DNA of 64,000 bases, taken from NCBI GenBank assembly GCA_009859145.1, contig VRVR01000024.1:56896-120895 (forward strand), in the 5' to 3' direction. This document shows positions 21,716 through 34,036 of this stretch, one piece after another (the first letter of the stretch is position 1; every line of letters begins with the position of its first letter). Source of the stretch: Andalucia godoyi And28 (taxonomy: Eukaryota; Protista; Jakobida). The notes below the pieces were generated by a model, which saw only the letters and a program-made list of their open reading frames with translations, had not been told where the DNA came from and searched no databases. Position numbers and translations under genes: made by a program.

Positions 21716-22144
21716 GCAGGACAGCCTGTAGAATGCCTTACCAGCCCGTAACGAGAGGACACATGGATACCTCGAAACTTGTTTTCCTCATGTTTTTTTT
21801 TTTTCAAGGAAACATTAGTGATAAAAGTCGACGGAATATTTGGAAAGGTCAAGGAACAAGGAAGATTGGGGAAAAAAAGGAGAACATCGACGAGAAGCAT
21901 GGGGAAGACACGTACTTCTTTTTTATTCATTATAAAGTCTCCACATATACTGTCTACAGCATGCGACAACAGAAAGAACGTCCAACATGCAAATTACACA
22001 CAACATGACAACAATCACCAGACAAACAAGAAAACAGCTACCTGGCAAAAATTAAAAAGATTGTGTGAAACAAACAAACACAACGAAAATCAAATTCAAA
22101 TTAGAATTGTGAATGCCGAACGATCATGTTTGCCTGCCTACCGC

Positions 22145-24811
22145 TTAACGCTTACCAGACATAGTAAGGGCACGGCGGTTGCGAGCTTGCAGTTCCTCCT
22201 TTCGTTCCTTGTTCGACTTCTCGTTCATGATCTCATAGATCATAAGCTTGACAGCATCCTGCAGAAGCAGCGCTGACAAGGAGAAGAACCAAACAAGAGC
22301 TGCAGCACGAACAGAGCATCCCTTCATGCCTGACTCGAACGGCCAGAGGACAGCAAAGAAAGTCGTAACAACCATCTGGGTAAGAACAGCGGTGAGCAGC
22401 GCATAACCCGGTCGGCGAGACAAGAAGTTCTTATGGGTGCGGGCAATGAAGACAGTCATCTGGTTCATCAGCGCAATCTGAAGATATATAATAGCCTTCA
22501 GCTCCTTCTCATCGGGCTTGGAAATGAACCACTCCAGATCGAATGAGATGTACGAAATGATGCAAACAGTCACCGTCGTGAATCCCATACCGCACGCAAC
22601 TGCAAGAATCTGAGGGATATTCCAACCGTCGGGCTGAGCACTCGGAATAACCTTGTCAGCAGAAATCGTCATGATTGTGAAATCGTTCAAGAGGGCCATC
22701 AGAACGATGATGATGGCGGGGAGAGTAACGTTGAATGCAATGATCATGGTTGCAAAGAAAAACAGCAACGACAACGAGATGTTGACACGGTAGATGCAAT
22801 AGTTCTTAACACGCTGGAAAATCTTGCGGGAACGAACAATGGCGGTGATGATAACGGAGAGACCATCGGAAAGCAAAACGACATCTGCGGCACCCTGCGC
22901 TGCAGCAGTGGCACCCTTGACAGCAAAACCAACATTCGCCTTCTTGAGTGCGGGAGCGTCATTCACACCATCACCAGTCATACCGCAGCAAATGTTCAGA
23001 GCCTGCAAATTTGCAACAATGTTGTACTTGTCTTCGGGGAAAACCTCGGCAAAGCCATCAGACTCGTAGATGAGCTGCTGAAGCATTGCGCCTTGGATAT
23101 TGGGATCGTGGAGCTTCTCGGACTGCAGAATCTGCCCATCCAAACCTAGGCGGCGGCCAGTTTCGCGGCAAATCTTGAGGTGGTCACCAGAAATCATCTT
23201 CACACGAACTCCGAGTTCCTGTGCCTTCAGAATGACGGTAGCCGAATCGATACGGGGGGGATCGAACATGGAAATGAGGCCAAGAAACTGCAAATTCCAG
23301 GCTGCATCATCATCATCGGACGCACCGGGAAGAGAAGAAGCAGTGGTTCCAGCAGGAGCCCACGACATCGCCACACCGAGGGAGCGAAGTCCACGAGCGG
23401 CATAGTCCGACACCTTCTCATCAACAGACGCCTTCAGCTTATCCTTGTCGGCGCAGATGTTCAGCACAAAGTTGGGAGCCCCCTTGACAACACGAACAAT
23501 GCGTGCACCGTCGGGCGACTGAGCAACCACCGTGGTTCTGCGGTTCATCGGGTCGAACGGCAAAAACTTGAGAACCTTCCAACGAGTAACTTCCTCCAGC
23601 AATCCCTTCGACTTGGCATTCCCGCGCACGGCAGTGTCAATTGGATCCGGATCCACATCCGCAGTCGAAAGAGCAGCAAGGAACGCAAGTTGCTTGGCAT
23701 CGATTTCCTCAGCAATGATCCAAGGATCATCAATCTGAAGCTGGTTGAGCGTCAACGTTCCGGTTTTATCGGAGCAGAGAACGGACATGGACGAAAGCTC
23801 TTCGACAGCGGACAAGCGAGTAACCACGGCATTCTGCTCAGCAAGGCGGCGCGAACCTGCTGCCATAACAGTCGTACAAACGACAGGAAGGGCAATGGGA
23901 ACTGACGCAACCAGCAGAACCAGCGCACGCTGAACAACTTCGCCTGCGTCTTGCTTGCGACTGAGCGAAACACTGATCATGATGGTGTTCACAATCAAGG
24001 CAACAATAACGATTCCGGTTGCAATGCGAGACATGACACGCTGGAACTGACCCTCCTGCTCAACACCCTGAATCAACGATGCAGTCTTTCCGAATTCGGT
24101 GTTGACACCGGTCGCATTGACGATGCACTCAATCTCGCCTCGCTTGACGATGGTACCGGAATAGCACTGGTCTCCCAACTTCTTGGTCACTGGCAACGAC
24201 TCTCCAGTAAGACCGGCTTGGTCAATCTGGGCCTCGATACCGTGCGAAAGCAAGCAATCGGCGGGAACAACGTCACCAAGCTTCAATCTGATCCGATCAT
24301 GAGGAACGAGCAGGCGGGCCTCCATAGGACGCCACTCTCCATCGCGGCAAACAAATGCACGGGGAGCAAGAGACTTGCGGAGTGCAGCCACTGCATCTCC
24401 GGCCTTCTGCTCTTCGTGGAAGGCAATCGCGGTATTGAGGAAATGAAGCGTCAGGATGACGGCGAAGTCAATCCAGTCCTGGATCACAGCCGACACAATG
24501 ATCGCAATCCACATCATCAGCGGAATTGGCTTCGGCTTCCACAAGGCAGTTCCCCAGAGATGCTTGAAGACACGTGCGTACCACGTAACAATCTTCTCGG
24601 GAAGAGCATTCGGTCCGAACTCCTCCATAAGCTGAGAGGCACGGCTAGATGTCAAACCGGGAGAGTGGAGGTCGACAGCCACACTCCCAGCGCGGGCCGC
24701 AGCCTGCGCATGCGAGTGCGAATCGTGACCACCCGATTGCGAAGAGGACTTCTTTCCGTCCTCCATCGCAACGTACTGCGAATCGTCGCTGTTCAAAAGA
24801 GGCTTGTTCAT
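22145..24811 (-). CDS. PMA1: P3A-type plasma-membrane H+-ATPase
   Basis: FGPNAL, DQAGLTGES, SVPIALP, phosphorylation site DKTGTLT, KGAP, MISGD, TGDGVNDAPALKKA; ATG at 24811 (MNKPLL). Confidence 0.95.
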   Translation of the reverse strand: MNKPLLNSDDSQYVAMEDGKKSSSQSGGHDSHSHAQAAARAGSVAVDLHSPGLTSSRASQLMEEFGPNALPEKIVTWYARVFKHLWGTALWKPKPIPLMMWIAIIVSAVIQDWIDFAVILTLHFLNTAIAFHEEQKAGDAVAALRKSLAPRAFVCRDGEWRPMEARLLVPHDRIRLKLGDVVPADCLLSHGIEAQIDQAGLTGESLPVTKKLGDQCYSGTIVKRGEIECIVNATGVNTEFGKTASLIQGVEQEGQFQRVMSRIATGIVIVALIVNTIMISVSLSRKQDAGEVVQRALVLLVASVPIALPVVCTTVMAAGSRRLAEQNAVVTRLSAVEELSSMSVLCSDKTGTLTLNQLQIDDPWIIAEEIDAKQLAFLAALSTADVDPDPIDTAVRGNAKSKGLLEEVTRWKVLKFLPFDPMNRRTTVVAQSPDGARIVRVVKGAPNFVLNICADKDKLKASVDEKVSDYAARGLRSLGVAMSWAPAGTTASSLPGASDDDDAAWNLQFLGLISMFDPPRIDSATVILKAQELGVRVKMISGDHLKICRETGRRLGLDGQILQSEKLHDPNIQGAMLQQLIYESDGFAEVFPEDKYNIVANLQALNICCGMTGDGVNDAPALKKANVGFAVKGATAAAQGAADVVLLSDGLSVIITAIVRSRKIFQRVKNYCIYRVNISLSLLFFFATMIIAFNVTLPAIIIVLMALLNDFTIMTISADKVIPSAQPDGWNIPQILAVACGMGFTTVTVCIISYISFDLEWFISKPDEKELKAIIYLQIALMNQMTVFIARTHKNFLSRRPGYALLTAVLTQMVVTTFFAVLWPFESGMKGCSVRAAALVWFFSLSALLLQDAVKLMIYEIMNEKSNKERKEELQARNRRALTMSGKR

Positions 24812-25327
24812 CTTCCTTGACAGAGCAGAACAAAGGGGTAGAGAGGAGAAAAAAGAAGGAAAAGGCAAGGCAAAGAAGCAGAAGGGAGAGAAGAAAGAAG
24901 AAGAAGAAAAAGAAGGGGGAAAAAAAGAAAGAAAAAGAAAAAGAAATGAGTAGTGCAGGAAAAGGCTTAAGGAAAAGCGAAGGAGTTTTTGATCAGATTC
25001 CCCCCGAATGTCAGACAGTTTGACCAGATTCAATAGTGAATTGATCGCGCCACTTACACGCATTTTCCCTTCCCGACCCAATCTCCGCATAGAAGAGCGG
25101 GGGTGCTTGTACAGGGGGAGGAAACAGCAGGAAAAAAAGTCGTTGTCTTCGAGGTGTACCATGTGTACAATTGTCATTCCGAATAGTATTAATCGCGCCC
25201 GATTTTCTGGAAACTGAATCAACCTCGTGTCTCCGCCTTTCCAATTCGAATTTGCGGATCCCTACTCAACCACCTGGAAAGATTTGTGCCTTTTCGTTTC
25301 GTTTCGTTTCGTTTCTTCTTTTTATTG

Positions 25328-25352
25328 GTGTGTGTGTGTGTGTGTGTGTGTG
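25328..25352. repeat. (GT)n microsatellite in the ATPase/kinesin divergent region
   Basis: Perfect dinucleotide run. Confidence 0.9.
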
Positions 25353-25457
25353 TTTCCTCTCCACTCCTTCTTGTTCCGTCCCTCGTCTCTTACGGCATAA
25401 TTAACTGTGCTCACTCACCCTCTTGTTGGTGTTGCTTCACATAAAATCCCAGCAGAG

Positions 25458-28400
25458 ATGTCTGCCGATTCGCTGGCTCCACGTCCTGCCACGTCCGCTG
25501 CTGCTCCATCCACAGGGACCCCGGGTGGTGGCGGAGGCGGGACGTCTGTACGCGTTGTTTGTCGATTCCGTCCGCAGAATAAGCTGGAATTGTCAAAAAA
25601 CGCGCCAATGAATGTGACCTTTGTGAATGAAATGACTGTTCGGGTTGTTGATCACGAAGCGCAGGATTTTACCTTTACGTTTGACCGCGTGTTCACGGTG
25701 AATGCTGCACAACAAGAAGTATACGAACACACTGGAAAACCGCTGCTAGATTCTTTCTTTGAGGGGTACAATTGCACAATTCTCTCCTACGGACAAACAG
25801 GCTCCGGTAAGACGCACACAATGATGGGGCCCTCGACGTCGGACAAGATCATGGGCTATTGCGATGATCCTGCGCAACAGGGTCTCATTCCACGCATGGC
25901 GAACGACATTTTCTCAATGGTGGAGAACTCGGACGATCAGCTTGAATTTGCAATCAAGGTGAGCTACGTTGAGGTGTACATGGAGAAAGTGAGGGACTTG
26001 ATATCTCCCGAGAAGACGAACTTGCAAATTCACGAAGAAAAGGGCGGTCGAGGAGTGTTCCTCGCAGATGTGACCGAGGTGTACGTGTCATCCAAGGAGG
26101 AAATGTTCCAGCTTATGGCTGAGGGCGCTCTTAACAGAGCTGTTGCGTCAACCAACATGAACGAGCGATCGTCTCGTTCGCACTGCATTTTCATCATCAC
26201 TCTATCCCAGAAAAATCTCAGCAGTTTGGAGCAACGTGTTTCAAGGTTGTATTTGGTCGATCTCGCTGGCTCCGAGAAAATCAGCAAAACAGGAGCGTCA
26301 GGACTCACACTTGACGAAGCCAAGATGATTAACAAGTCGCTTTCAACACTGGGCAATGTCATTAATGCGCTGACCGACGGAAAGTCTTCGCATGTGCCGT
26401 ATCGCGACTCCAAATTAACGCGTCTGTTGCAGAATTCGCTTGGCGGTAATTCCAGGACTCTTCTGTGCATCAATTGTTCTCCTTCCATGTATAACGATGC
26501 CGAAACCATCTCCACTCTGCGGTTCGGTCAACGCGCAAAGTCCATCAAGAATAAGGCAACGATCAATAGACAGCGAACTCCGGAGGAACTCGAGAAGGCT
26601 CTGGACATTGCGGAGCGCGAAATCGAAAAACTTCAGGCGTTGCTTTCGAAAGCAGCTGGTGGCTCCACCGGCAAACTGGAGGAGATCAATTCTCAGGAAT
26701 TTGCAGACCTCAAGGCCGAGATCGAGCAACTGAAAGAGGAATTGAAGGACAAGTCCGAAGAGAGCGCAGCTGCAAAGCAGCTTGCAGCCGAATTCAAGGT
26801 TGCGGGAGATCGGTCGCAGAAAGAAGGTCAACTTTTGCTCCACAAATTGGCAGAGGCCACATTGAACCTCCAGAAGACAGATCAGGAAAAGGCAGAACGC
26901 GCGATCGAAGTCAGCTCTCTTCAGTCTGCCCTGCAACAGACTCGGACCGAGCTAGAGGACTTGCAGAGACGAGTATCAGAGTCCGAGCGGAAGCAGACAG
27001 ACGTGAAGTTGCGAGAAGAGGCTGTGGATGAGGAGTTTGCCACTCTGCGGCTGGAGAATAAGCGGCTCAAAGAGCAGCTTGAGCGCACCAAAGACGACTC
27101 CCAATGGGAACTATCCAAGTTGGATGCTACCTACAAGAACAAGGTGTCCTATCTTGAGAAACAGCTTCAGGAAACTGAGGATGCAAAGTCGTCTTTGCAA
27201 AAAAGACTTGCAGATGCTGAGGAACAATGCATGGCGATTGAAAACCGCTTGATTGAATCGAACAATCGAACGGTGGAGAAGACGGAGACTGAGAGTCAGA
27301 GGTACAACGAAGACCGAAAAGTATATGAGCGACAAATTGCGACGCTGAAGGGCCAGTTGAAGGAGTCCCAAGAGGATCAATCTCTGATGTCTTCAGAATT
27401 GCGAAGACTACGCGAAGAACTGTCTCTGAAGGAGGAGCATTTCAACAGCTCTCGAGCTGATTTGCTCAAGGATTTGCAGAACCGCTGTCAGAAAGTGATT
27501 GATCTTGAAATGGCGTTGGATGAAGCTCGTGATCAAGCACAGAAAATGAAGGTTTCTGCGAACGTGAAAACGCTGACAAAGAAAATTTCTTCCTTGGAAG
27601 AGAGCATTGAGCAATTGCAGGTTGCACTTCGACACGCGACCACCGAGAATCACAATCTTCGCCTGGAGCTGGATCTCGCGCAGAAGAAGCTTGACAACCG
27701 CAACGACCGCATCCAGAATCTTGAAGTATCCAATGCAAGTTCACAAGAGGAAATCCGCAGTCTGCGGGAGCAGCTGTCGTCGATTCGAGACGATTTGTCT
27801 CCTGGAGCTGAGGATCCCTTGGGGGCGCTGAGAAAGCAACATCACCCTCATGTTTATAAGAGCTTGCGCGGAGGTTCAAATGCACGCAAGCTTTCGGGTG
27901 CAAATGCTCCACCGGGCAGAATTTCTCCGCCGTCGCAACGAATCAGCAAGGCAGTAGAAAATGCCATTCATGCGGCGGGCACCATGTCCGGCTCTGTGAT
28001 TGCCGATGCCACTGTTGTCGCGGATCCTCAAGAATCGCCCCCACCTTCCCCTACCTCTTTCCGCTCTCCTCCTCACAACGTATCCGATGAGGTGCATCCG
28101 TACCGCCCTCGGAATGCGATGGCTGGCCCCACCCCAGCCTCAGCTGCCAGTGTGGTATCTCCGGATGCAGCGCGGCCAACCGTCATACAAGTTACGCCAG
28201 AGTCTCAGGAGAAAAAGAGCTTCTGGGGTTCTTTGTTCTCGTCTTCGAGCACCAAGAAAAGCCCCGCGACCTCTCCGATGGCTTCCCATGGGATCTCGCG
28301 GTCTCATTCCTCGACGAACATGTCGTCAAAGCCTTCTGCCTCTGCGGAAGCTCTGCAGCCCATGAACGCAATTGATACCCGCACGTACATGGCACCCCCG

Positions 28401-28610
28401 TCGCCGGCTCGTGCAATGCCTGGTGCTGAAAGCTCCATCTCCATGTCTTCCATTCCGTCTAACGGGACTGGCTCTCAGGCCGGTCTTCCAGCGAACAGCA
28501 GACGTTTCTCCTTTGCCCGAAAAGCACAGAGCCTTGCGTCTCCTCCGCAAGGATTCGAGTCTCTTGATGCCGACGAATACCAATCCGCGGATGTTTCCAA
28601 AATGCCGTGA
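25458..28610 (+). CDS. Kinesin-1-like heavy chain
   Basis: VRVVCRFRP, P-loop YGQTGSGKT, switch motifs SSRSH and LVDLAGSE, HVPYRDSKLTR, long coiled-coil stalk and S/P-rich tail; ATG at 25458. Confidence 0.93.
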   Translation: MSADSLAPRPATSAAAPSTGTPGGGGGGTSVRVVCRFRPQNKLELSKNAPMNVTFVNEMTVRVVDHEAQDFTFTFDRVFTVNAAQQEVYEHTGKPLLDSFFEGYNCTILSYGQTGSGKTHTMMGPSTSDKIMGYCDDPAQQGLIPRMANDIFSMVENSDDQLEFAIKVSYVEVYMEKVRDLISPEKTNLQIHEEKGGRGVFLADVTEVYVSSKEEMFQLMAEGALNRAVASTNMNERSSRSHCIFIITLSQKNLSSLEQRVSRLYLVDLAGSEKISKTGASGLTLDEAKMINKSLSTLGNVINALTDGKSSHVPYRDSKLTRLLQNSLGGNSRTLLCINCSPSMYNDAETISTLRFGQRAKSIKNKATINRQRTPEELEKALDIAEREIEKLQALLSKAAGGSTGKLEEINSQEFADLKAEIEQLKEELKDKSEESAAAKQLAAEFKVAGDRSQKEGQLLLHKLAEATLNLQKTDQEKAERAIEVSSLQSALQQTRTELEDLQRRVSESERKQTDVKLREEAVDEEFATLRLENKRLKEQLERTKDDSQWELSKLDATYKNKVSYLEKQLQETEDAKSSLQKRLADAEEQCMAIENRLIESNNRTVEKTETESQRYNEDRKVYERQIATLKGQLKESQEDQSLMSSELRRLREELSLKEEHFNSSRADLLKDLQNRCQKVIDLEMALDEARDQAQKMKVSANVKTLTKKISSLEESIEQLQVALRHATTENHNLRLELDLAQKKLDNRNDRIQNLEVSNASSQEEIRSLREQLSSIRDDLSPGAEDPLGALRKQHHPHVYKSLRGGSNARKLSGANAPPGRISPPSQRISKAVENAIHAAGTMSGSVIADATVVADPQESPPPSPTSFRSPPHNVSDEVHPYRPRNAMAGPTPASAASVVSPDAARPTVIQVTPESQEKKSFWGSLFSSSSTKKSPATSPMASHGISRSHSSTNMSSKPSASAEALQPMNAIDTRTYMAPPSPARAMPGAESSISMSSIPSNGTGSQAGLPANSRRFSFARKAQSLASPPQGFESLDADEYQSADVSKMP

Positions 28611-28946
28611 GACAGGGGTGGTTGGTTTCATCCTTTTCTTTTTCTTTTTTTTTTTTAATTTAAAAAAAGAATTGGCTGGCTGTCGCTATGCGGGTGGGTG
28701 GTGATGTTGTTTGCAGCAACTGAAGAAAGTTCTCGACATTTTTTTTCTTCCAGATTCTGTTCAAGGGGGGAAAAAACAGAAACATAAAATTAAAGCTAGA
28801 GTATTTTGTGTTTTTTTGTTGTTGTTGCTCTTCAAAAGTTGGCAAAATTCTACTGATGTTCGATTTGATATTAGATTACAGCTCAGCAAGCTCACAGGTA
28901 TGGCACCAACGCAGAAGGATTGACCGGGAGAGGAGGAAAAACGCAT

Positions 28947-29654
<708 letters not shown>

Positions 29655-30180
29655 TCACTGTCTGAAGTCAGTTTATAATTTTTTGAAAACGAAAATAGAC
29701 GGATAAGATAGGAAGAAAAATGAAGGAGAACGAAAAGAATGAAAAGCTTCTCAGCTTCTCCAAAAGTCCGAAGCAAATATGGGCGTTCGTTGCACTCGAA
29801 CATTGCTGAATCTCCTCAATGGCTGGGAAGGGCATTTGGGGGGGGGGGTTGGATGAGGTGTGTCTCCTTACGGACTTTCTATCTACGGCTGCCTTTTCTC
29901 ATTTTCCGAGAGTGCTGCAAAAGGCCTGCAACAATCGACGCCGGTGGGCGGGAAGAATGAGACAAAGCCCAAAGCTCCTACACGCCGCTGAGTATTCTGG
30001 TTAAGTAGTAAGTTAAAAGACAAACAGAGCGTCGTTTATTTCTAATCATGTATGGAATGTACAATGGCTACTAGACAGCAAGACCCCCGCCCCAAAAAAT
30101 AAAAAATAAAAAATAAAAAATAAAAAGGAAGGAGAAGAAGAAGATGATGATGATGATGAGGCACATCGACTCTGAGAGGG

Positions 30181-30409
30181 CTACTTGGGGACTTCGGCTG
30201 CCGATGAGACGGCGCTCAATACTCGGGAAATAAAAGTGTCATTCATTCCATCGAGATCCGCTTCCGAAATATTAGTGGAGGCTGGAGAGGCACTGACGAT
30301 GTCTTCGTCTGGAACAACCTCCCAGTCAGTTCCGTCGTTGAAGGTAGCTGTTGGCAGTCCCGACGGAGAAGGCGCTGGCGCTGGAACACAAGCAGAGGTA
30401 GAGGCAGGA

Positions 30410-30447
<38 letters not shown>

Positions 30448-32262
30448 AACAAGAGCTGGAACAGGAACAGGAACAGGAGCGGGAGCTGGAACAGACACAG
30501 ACGAAGCAACCTCACTTTCTGCGAATTTCTTTTTCTTCGCAGGGGGTGCTAACGAAGGATCTCCCACATCCTCTGGCGCAACATCGTGTTTTTCAGACGC
30601 AGGTGGCAAATCTGCTTGGCCGGTGGCAAACAAATCGGGATCTGCAACCACACCAGCTTTCTCTCCTTTCTGCTTCTTTGCTTTCTTCTTTCGCGCAGGC
30701 CGCACGACTTCTGGAAGTTCCTTCGACGGAACCGCGGCGTACAGCGGCCCAAGATAGCCCGTCAGTCCCGGAGGGATGCTGGACATCAGAATTTCGTGGA
30801 AATTGGAAATTGCGTAGGTGATGTCAAATTCTCGATACATATCGCTTGGAGGCAGATCCACCACAAAGCCAATGAACAATGCGCGACAGAACGGTATTGA
30901 AGCAGAATCAGGTCCATCTGGCACCGCAATCGGATCCGGGTAGACATGCGCTCTCACATGCTCCATTCTCTCAATTTGCTGCAAAAGTCGACGGAGACGG
31001 GATTGAACAAAGTCGGAGAACCTGCGAGCGTCATCCGCAGTGTCCCCTCCGGTCTTGATCACGATGTAATTCTTGTACCGACTGAAGAAATCAGATGGTT
31101 CAAAAAGCTCGTCCCATTGAGAAGTACCAGCACCAATGCTATCGCAAATCTTCCAAGCTCGCATGAATTCTTCTCGCAGGACAGCAAGAGTAGACCTGGA
31201 CACATTGAAGGTGGAGTTCACCGACGGCTCCACCGGCGTGATGACGGGCATAATGTGCAGTCTATCTTGAGGAAAGTGTCGCGGACTCCAGTTGCGAACA
31301 CCTGGTCGCGGATCCGGAAGCGGTCGCAGTACAATTGGGCATGGCCATCTCCACTCTTTGAGGAAAATAAAAAATCTGCGCACGAGCATAGAAGCATCAA
31401 CGGTTGGCCAAAATTGACAAGCTCTTGCAACAACAATAGCCCAAGCAACACCTCCTGGATAGCCAACTTTATTTCCGTAAATGCAACGCTTCGTCGCCCA
31501 CAACTTGATAGCACGCAATGCAGTACGGAAGGTTCCATGATTCGGAACTAGTCTCAGCAGCTGGTCTGCGACTCGGGGGCCAGAAAGAGAATTGAGCGAC
31601 GTTTCGTGGCACAATCGAATAATGGACGGATCGAGAATATCTAGATTCTGAGGGATGCGGGCCAGAGTCATTTGCGCATACTGCACATCCAAGTCCACGT
31701 TGGACCACGTGACTTTGACAATTGGAACAGCAGCGGTTAGTACGGCATCACACGCTGACACTCCGGGCTGCTCTCGAAGGACTTTCTCCAAGTGCGAGAG
31801 GAATGCAGTTCGCTCGACATGGTTAGGCCCAATCACCAGAGTATCCAGATCGGCCCCAGAAGAATGAACACCAAGTCTAAAGGATCCAAAGGTGTAGATT
31901 CGAGTGCCAAATGCCGTACCAGAACCATCGTCTTGATACCCGAACGAGGCTGAAATGTCCATGACACATTTCTTCGCGGCAGCATCCAGCAACCCTAAGA
32001 TTTCTTCACGCAGATGGCGCTCATCGATCGACTCGAACATGCCTGACTTGCGAAGAAAATCTTCCAAACCTTGTGTCCGTATTTTATCCTCATCAGAGGG
32101 CGCGATTTCTCGAAAAGGAGTCCTAAGAAAATAACAAACATTGTGTGAGAGTGGAGGAAAACAGCTCATTAGAATGTTTCTTTTCTCTTCTATTTTTCCT
32201 CTTCTTCTTCATCATCAATTTTACGATTGCCATTTGAGCATTGAAAAAGAAACATACGCCAT
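30181..32262 (-). CDS. PAP1: Canonical nuclear poly(A) polymerase; exon 1 32262-32258 (ATG GC), intron 32257-32123
   Basis: FGSFRLGVHSSGADLD (catalytic DxD), RTALRAIKLWA, GYPGGVAWA, FFIFLKEWRWP, MPVITP. Splicing the GTATGT...TTCTAAT...TAG intron gives in-frame MATPFREIAP. Confidence 0.92.
32123..32257 (-). other. Spliceosomal intron (135 nt) in poly(A) polymerase
   Basis: GTATGT donor, CTAAT branch-like site, TTTTCTTAG acceptor; removal restores an ATG-started frame. Confidence 0.8.
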
Positions 32263-32310
32263 TGGTGGAGATTATCTTGCTTTCCTCTCTCTCGCTCGCT
32301 CGCTCACTCT

Positions 32311-32314
32311 TTTT

Positions 32315-32363
<49 letters not shown>
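32311..32363. repeat. (TTTC)n microsatellite upstream of poly(A) polymerase
   Basis: Tetranucleotide run. Confidence 0.9.
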
Positions 32364-32365
<2 letters not shown>

Positions 32366-32836
32366 CCCTGCCTCACGCACGCACCTACAAATAGAATCCA
32401 AAAACACGAACGCAGTCCAAGCAAACAACCAAAAAAAGAAGCAAAAGAAAGAAAAAAGAACGGGTGGGAAAGAAGTAAAATGACGAGGAACAGGAGGAAG
32501 AGAGAACAGTGAAGAAACGAGGACAAGGCGAACCTTTTAAAGTCGGGGTCTGTGATGGGGACTTTTTGTTTTCTGAAAACTGGACAGTGACTCAATGGAG
32601 TCAGCCCAACAAAAAGGCAGCCTCTGACGTGTCTCCCTGCTTTTCATTTGCATTTTCTTCTCCGTTTTCATTTTTCCTTCTTGGCTTGGTTTTTTTTTCT
32701 CAAGTTTCTTGAAAACTCTCATTGCAGTTTCTTTTGTTGCAAAGGGTTGCGTTCTTGTTTTATCTGAAAAACGGGTTTTGGAGAGATTTTTGAATTTAAA
32801 AGGTGAAGTCGCTCTGCAAGCAGTTGGAATTCAAGA

Positions 32837-33943
32837 ATGACGGCGTTCCCTGTGTTCATTGGAAAGATTCCTCCATCTGTGGATGATGGACTGATGAACA
32901 ATTTGCTATTGGTATGTGGTTCTTTTTCTGCTTGGAGGCGGCCTCGAGATCCTGCGAGCCACAAGCTTAAAAGTTTTGGTTTTGCTGATTTTTCAAGTGC
33001 TACAGCGGCAGCTCTTGCGTTTCGCATTCTAAATGGTGTCGATCTGGAGAGTCTGGAACGGTCTGCAGATGCCAACAGCACAGCGGGCCTGAAGGTGCAA
33101 ATTGAAGATGCTGTGAAACTCCGGATTGATGAGTCGGGAGCGCAGAATGCAATTGATTCCGCTACAGAGGAACAAGCAAAGGCGCGCGTGTTGGAAATTG
33201 TTGTGAAATATATTCAGGATAAGAAGGAGAAGAGCAAATCCTTTGCGGTCTTGCCTATCAACAAGGCTAACATGCTGGCCGACACAACTGGCTCAGGACA
33301 AGAACAGATATCGTTCCTGAATGCGCAAATGGAAAAATTTTCAAAAAACGTCGAAGCTGACTTTATCAAACGGGTGGAAGCGAAAAGAAGGAAGAAGAAA
33401 TATGAAGAAGAGCAGCAGCTTAAGAAGAAACTGCTGGAAGATGCCACTACACCGGCAATGCGGCAACGCGACGAGCCGGATCCCAGCTCAAATCTTCCGC
33501 CCAAGATTCGCATCAACATTGGACCGCTTTCTGCAAGCGGCGGCACAATTAGCAGTGCTGCGCCTTCCTCCGCGACTCATGTCGCATTGAGGACAAGTGT
33601 CGTAACGCCAGCGGACGCCGACATCGAGGAGGAGCCCTCAGCCAAGCGAAAACGACTGGCATCGCACATTGAGGGTGATGCACATACCGGACCTGTGGCC
33701 ACAGCAGACCCTGGGAAATTGGACAAGACGAAACTGGAAGAGCTGGAAGGATTTCTCTCTGCTCGAATTCAGCTTCTGCTGGGCGAGGACGAACCTTCTT
33801 TAGTTAGCTTCATTCTTATGCGAACAATCAAAGAGAGAGCGGGACCAGCGGATTTGCTTGCTGATCTCAAACCGATACTGGAAGAGGACGCTGAGAAACT
33901 TGTGCATCCATTTTGGAAAAAGTTCGTTGACCTCACCGCGTAA
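32837..33943 (+). CDS. RBM25: RBM25/Snu71-like splicing factor (RRM plus PWI)
   Basis: N-terminal RRM VFIGKIP...AWRRPRDPASHKLKSFGFADF; C-terminal PWI (LLGEDEPSLVSFI...PILEEDAEKLVHPFWK). Confidence 0.85.
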   Translation: MTAFPVFIGKIPPSVDDGLMNNLLLVCGSFSAWRRPRDPASHKLKSFGFADFSSATAAALAFRILNGVDLESLERSADANSTAGLKVQIEDAVKLRIDESGAQNAIDSATEEQAKARVLEIVVKYIQDKKEKSKSFAVLPINKANMLADTTGSGQEQISFLNAQMEKFSKNVEADFIKRVEAKRRKKKYEEEQQLKKKLLEDATTPAMRQRDEPDPSSNLPPKIRINIGPLSASGGTISSAAPSSATHVALRTSVVTPADADIEEEPSAKRKRLASHIEGDAHTGPVATADPGKLDKTKLEELEGFLSARIQLLLGEDEPSLVSFILMRTIKERAGPADLLADLKPILEEDAEKLVHPFWKKFVDLTA

Positions 33944-34036
33944 AATCACGAGTGACAACACAGATAACTGTTTTTTTTTTTTAAAAAAAAACCGTCGACG
34001 CATGCATTCAGAATGCTTTTCTTCTTTTCTTTTTCC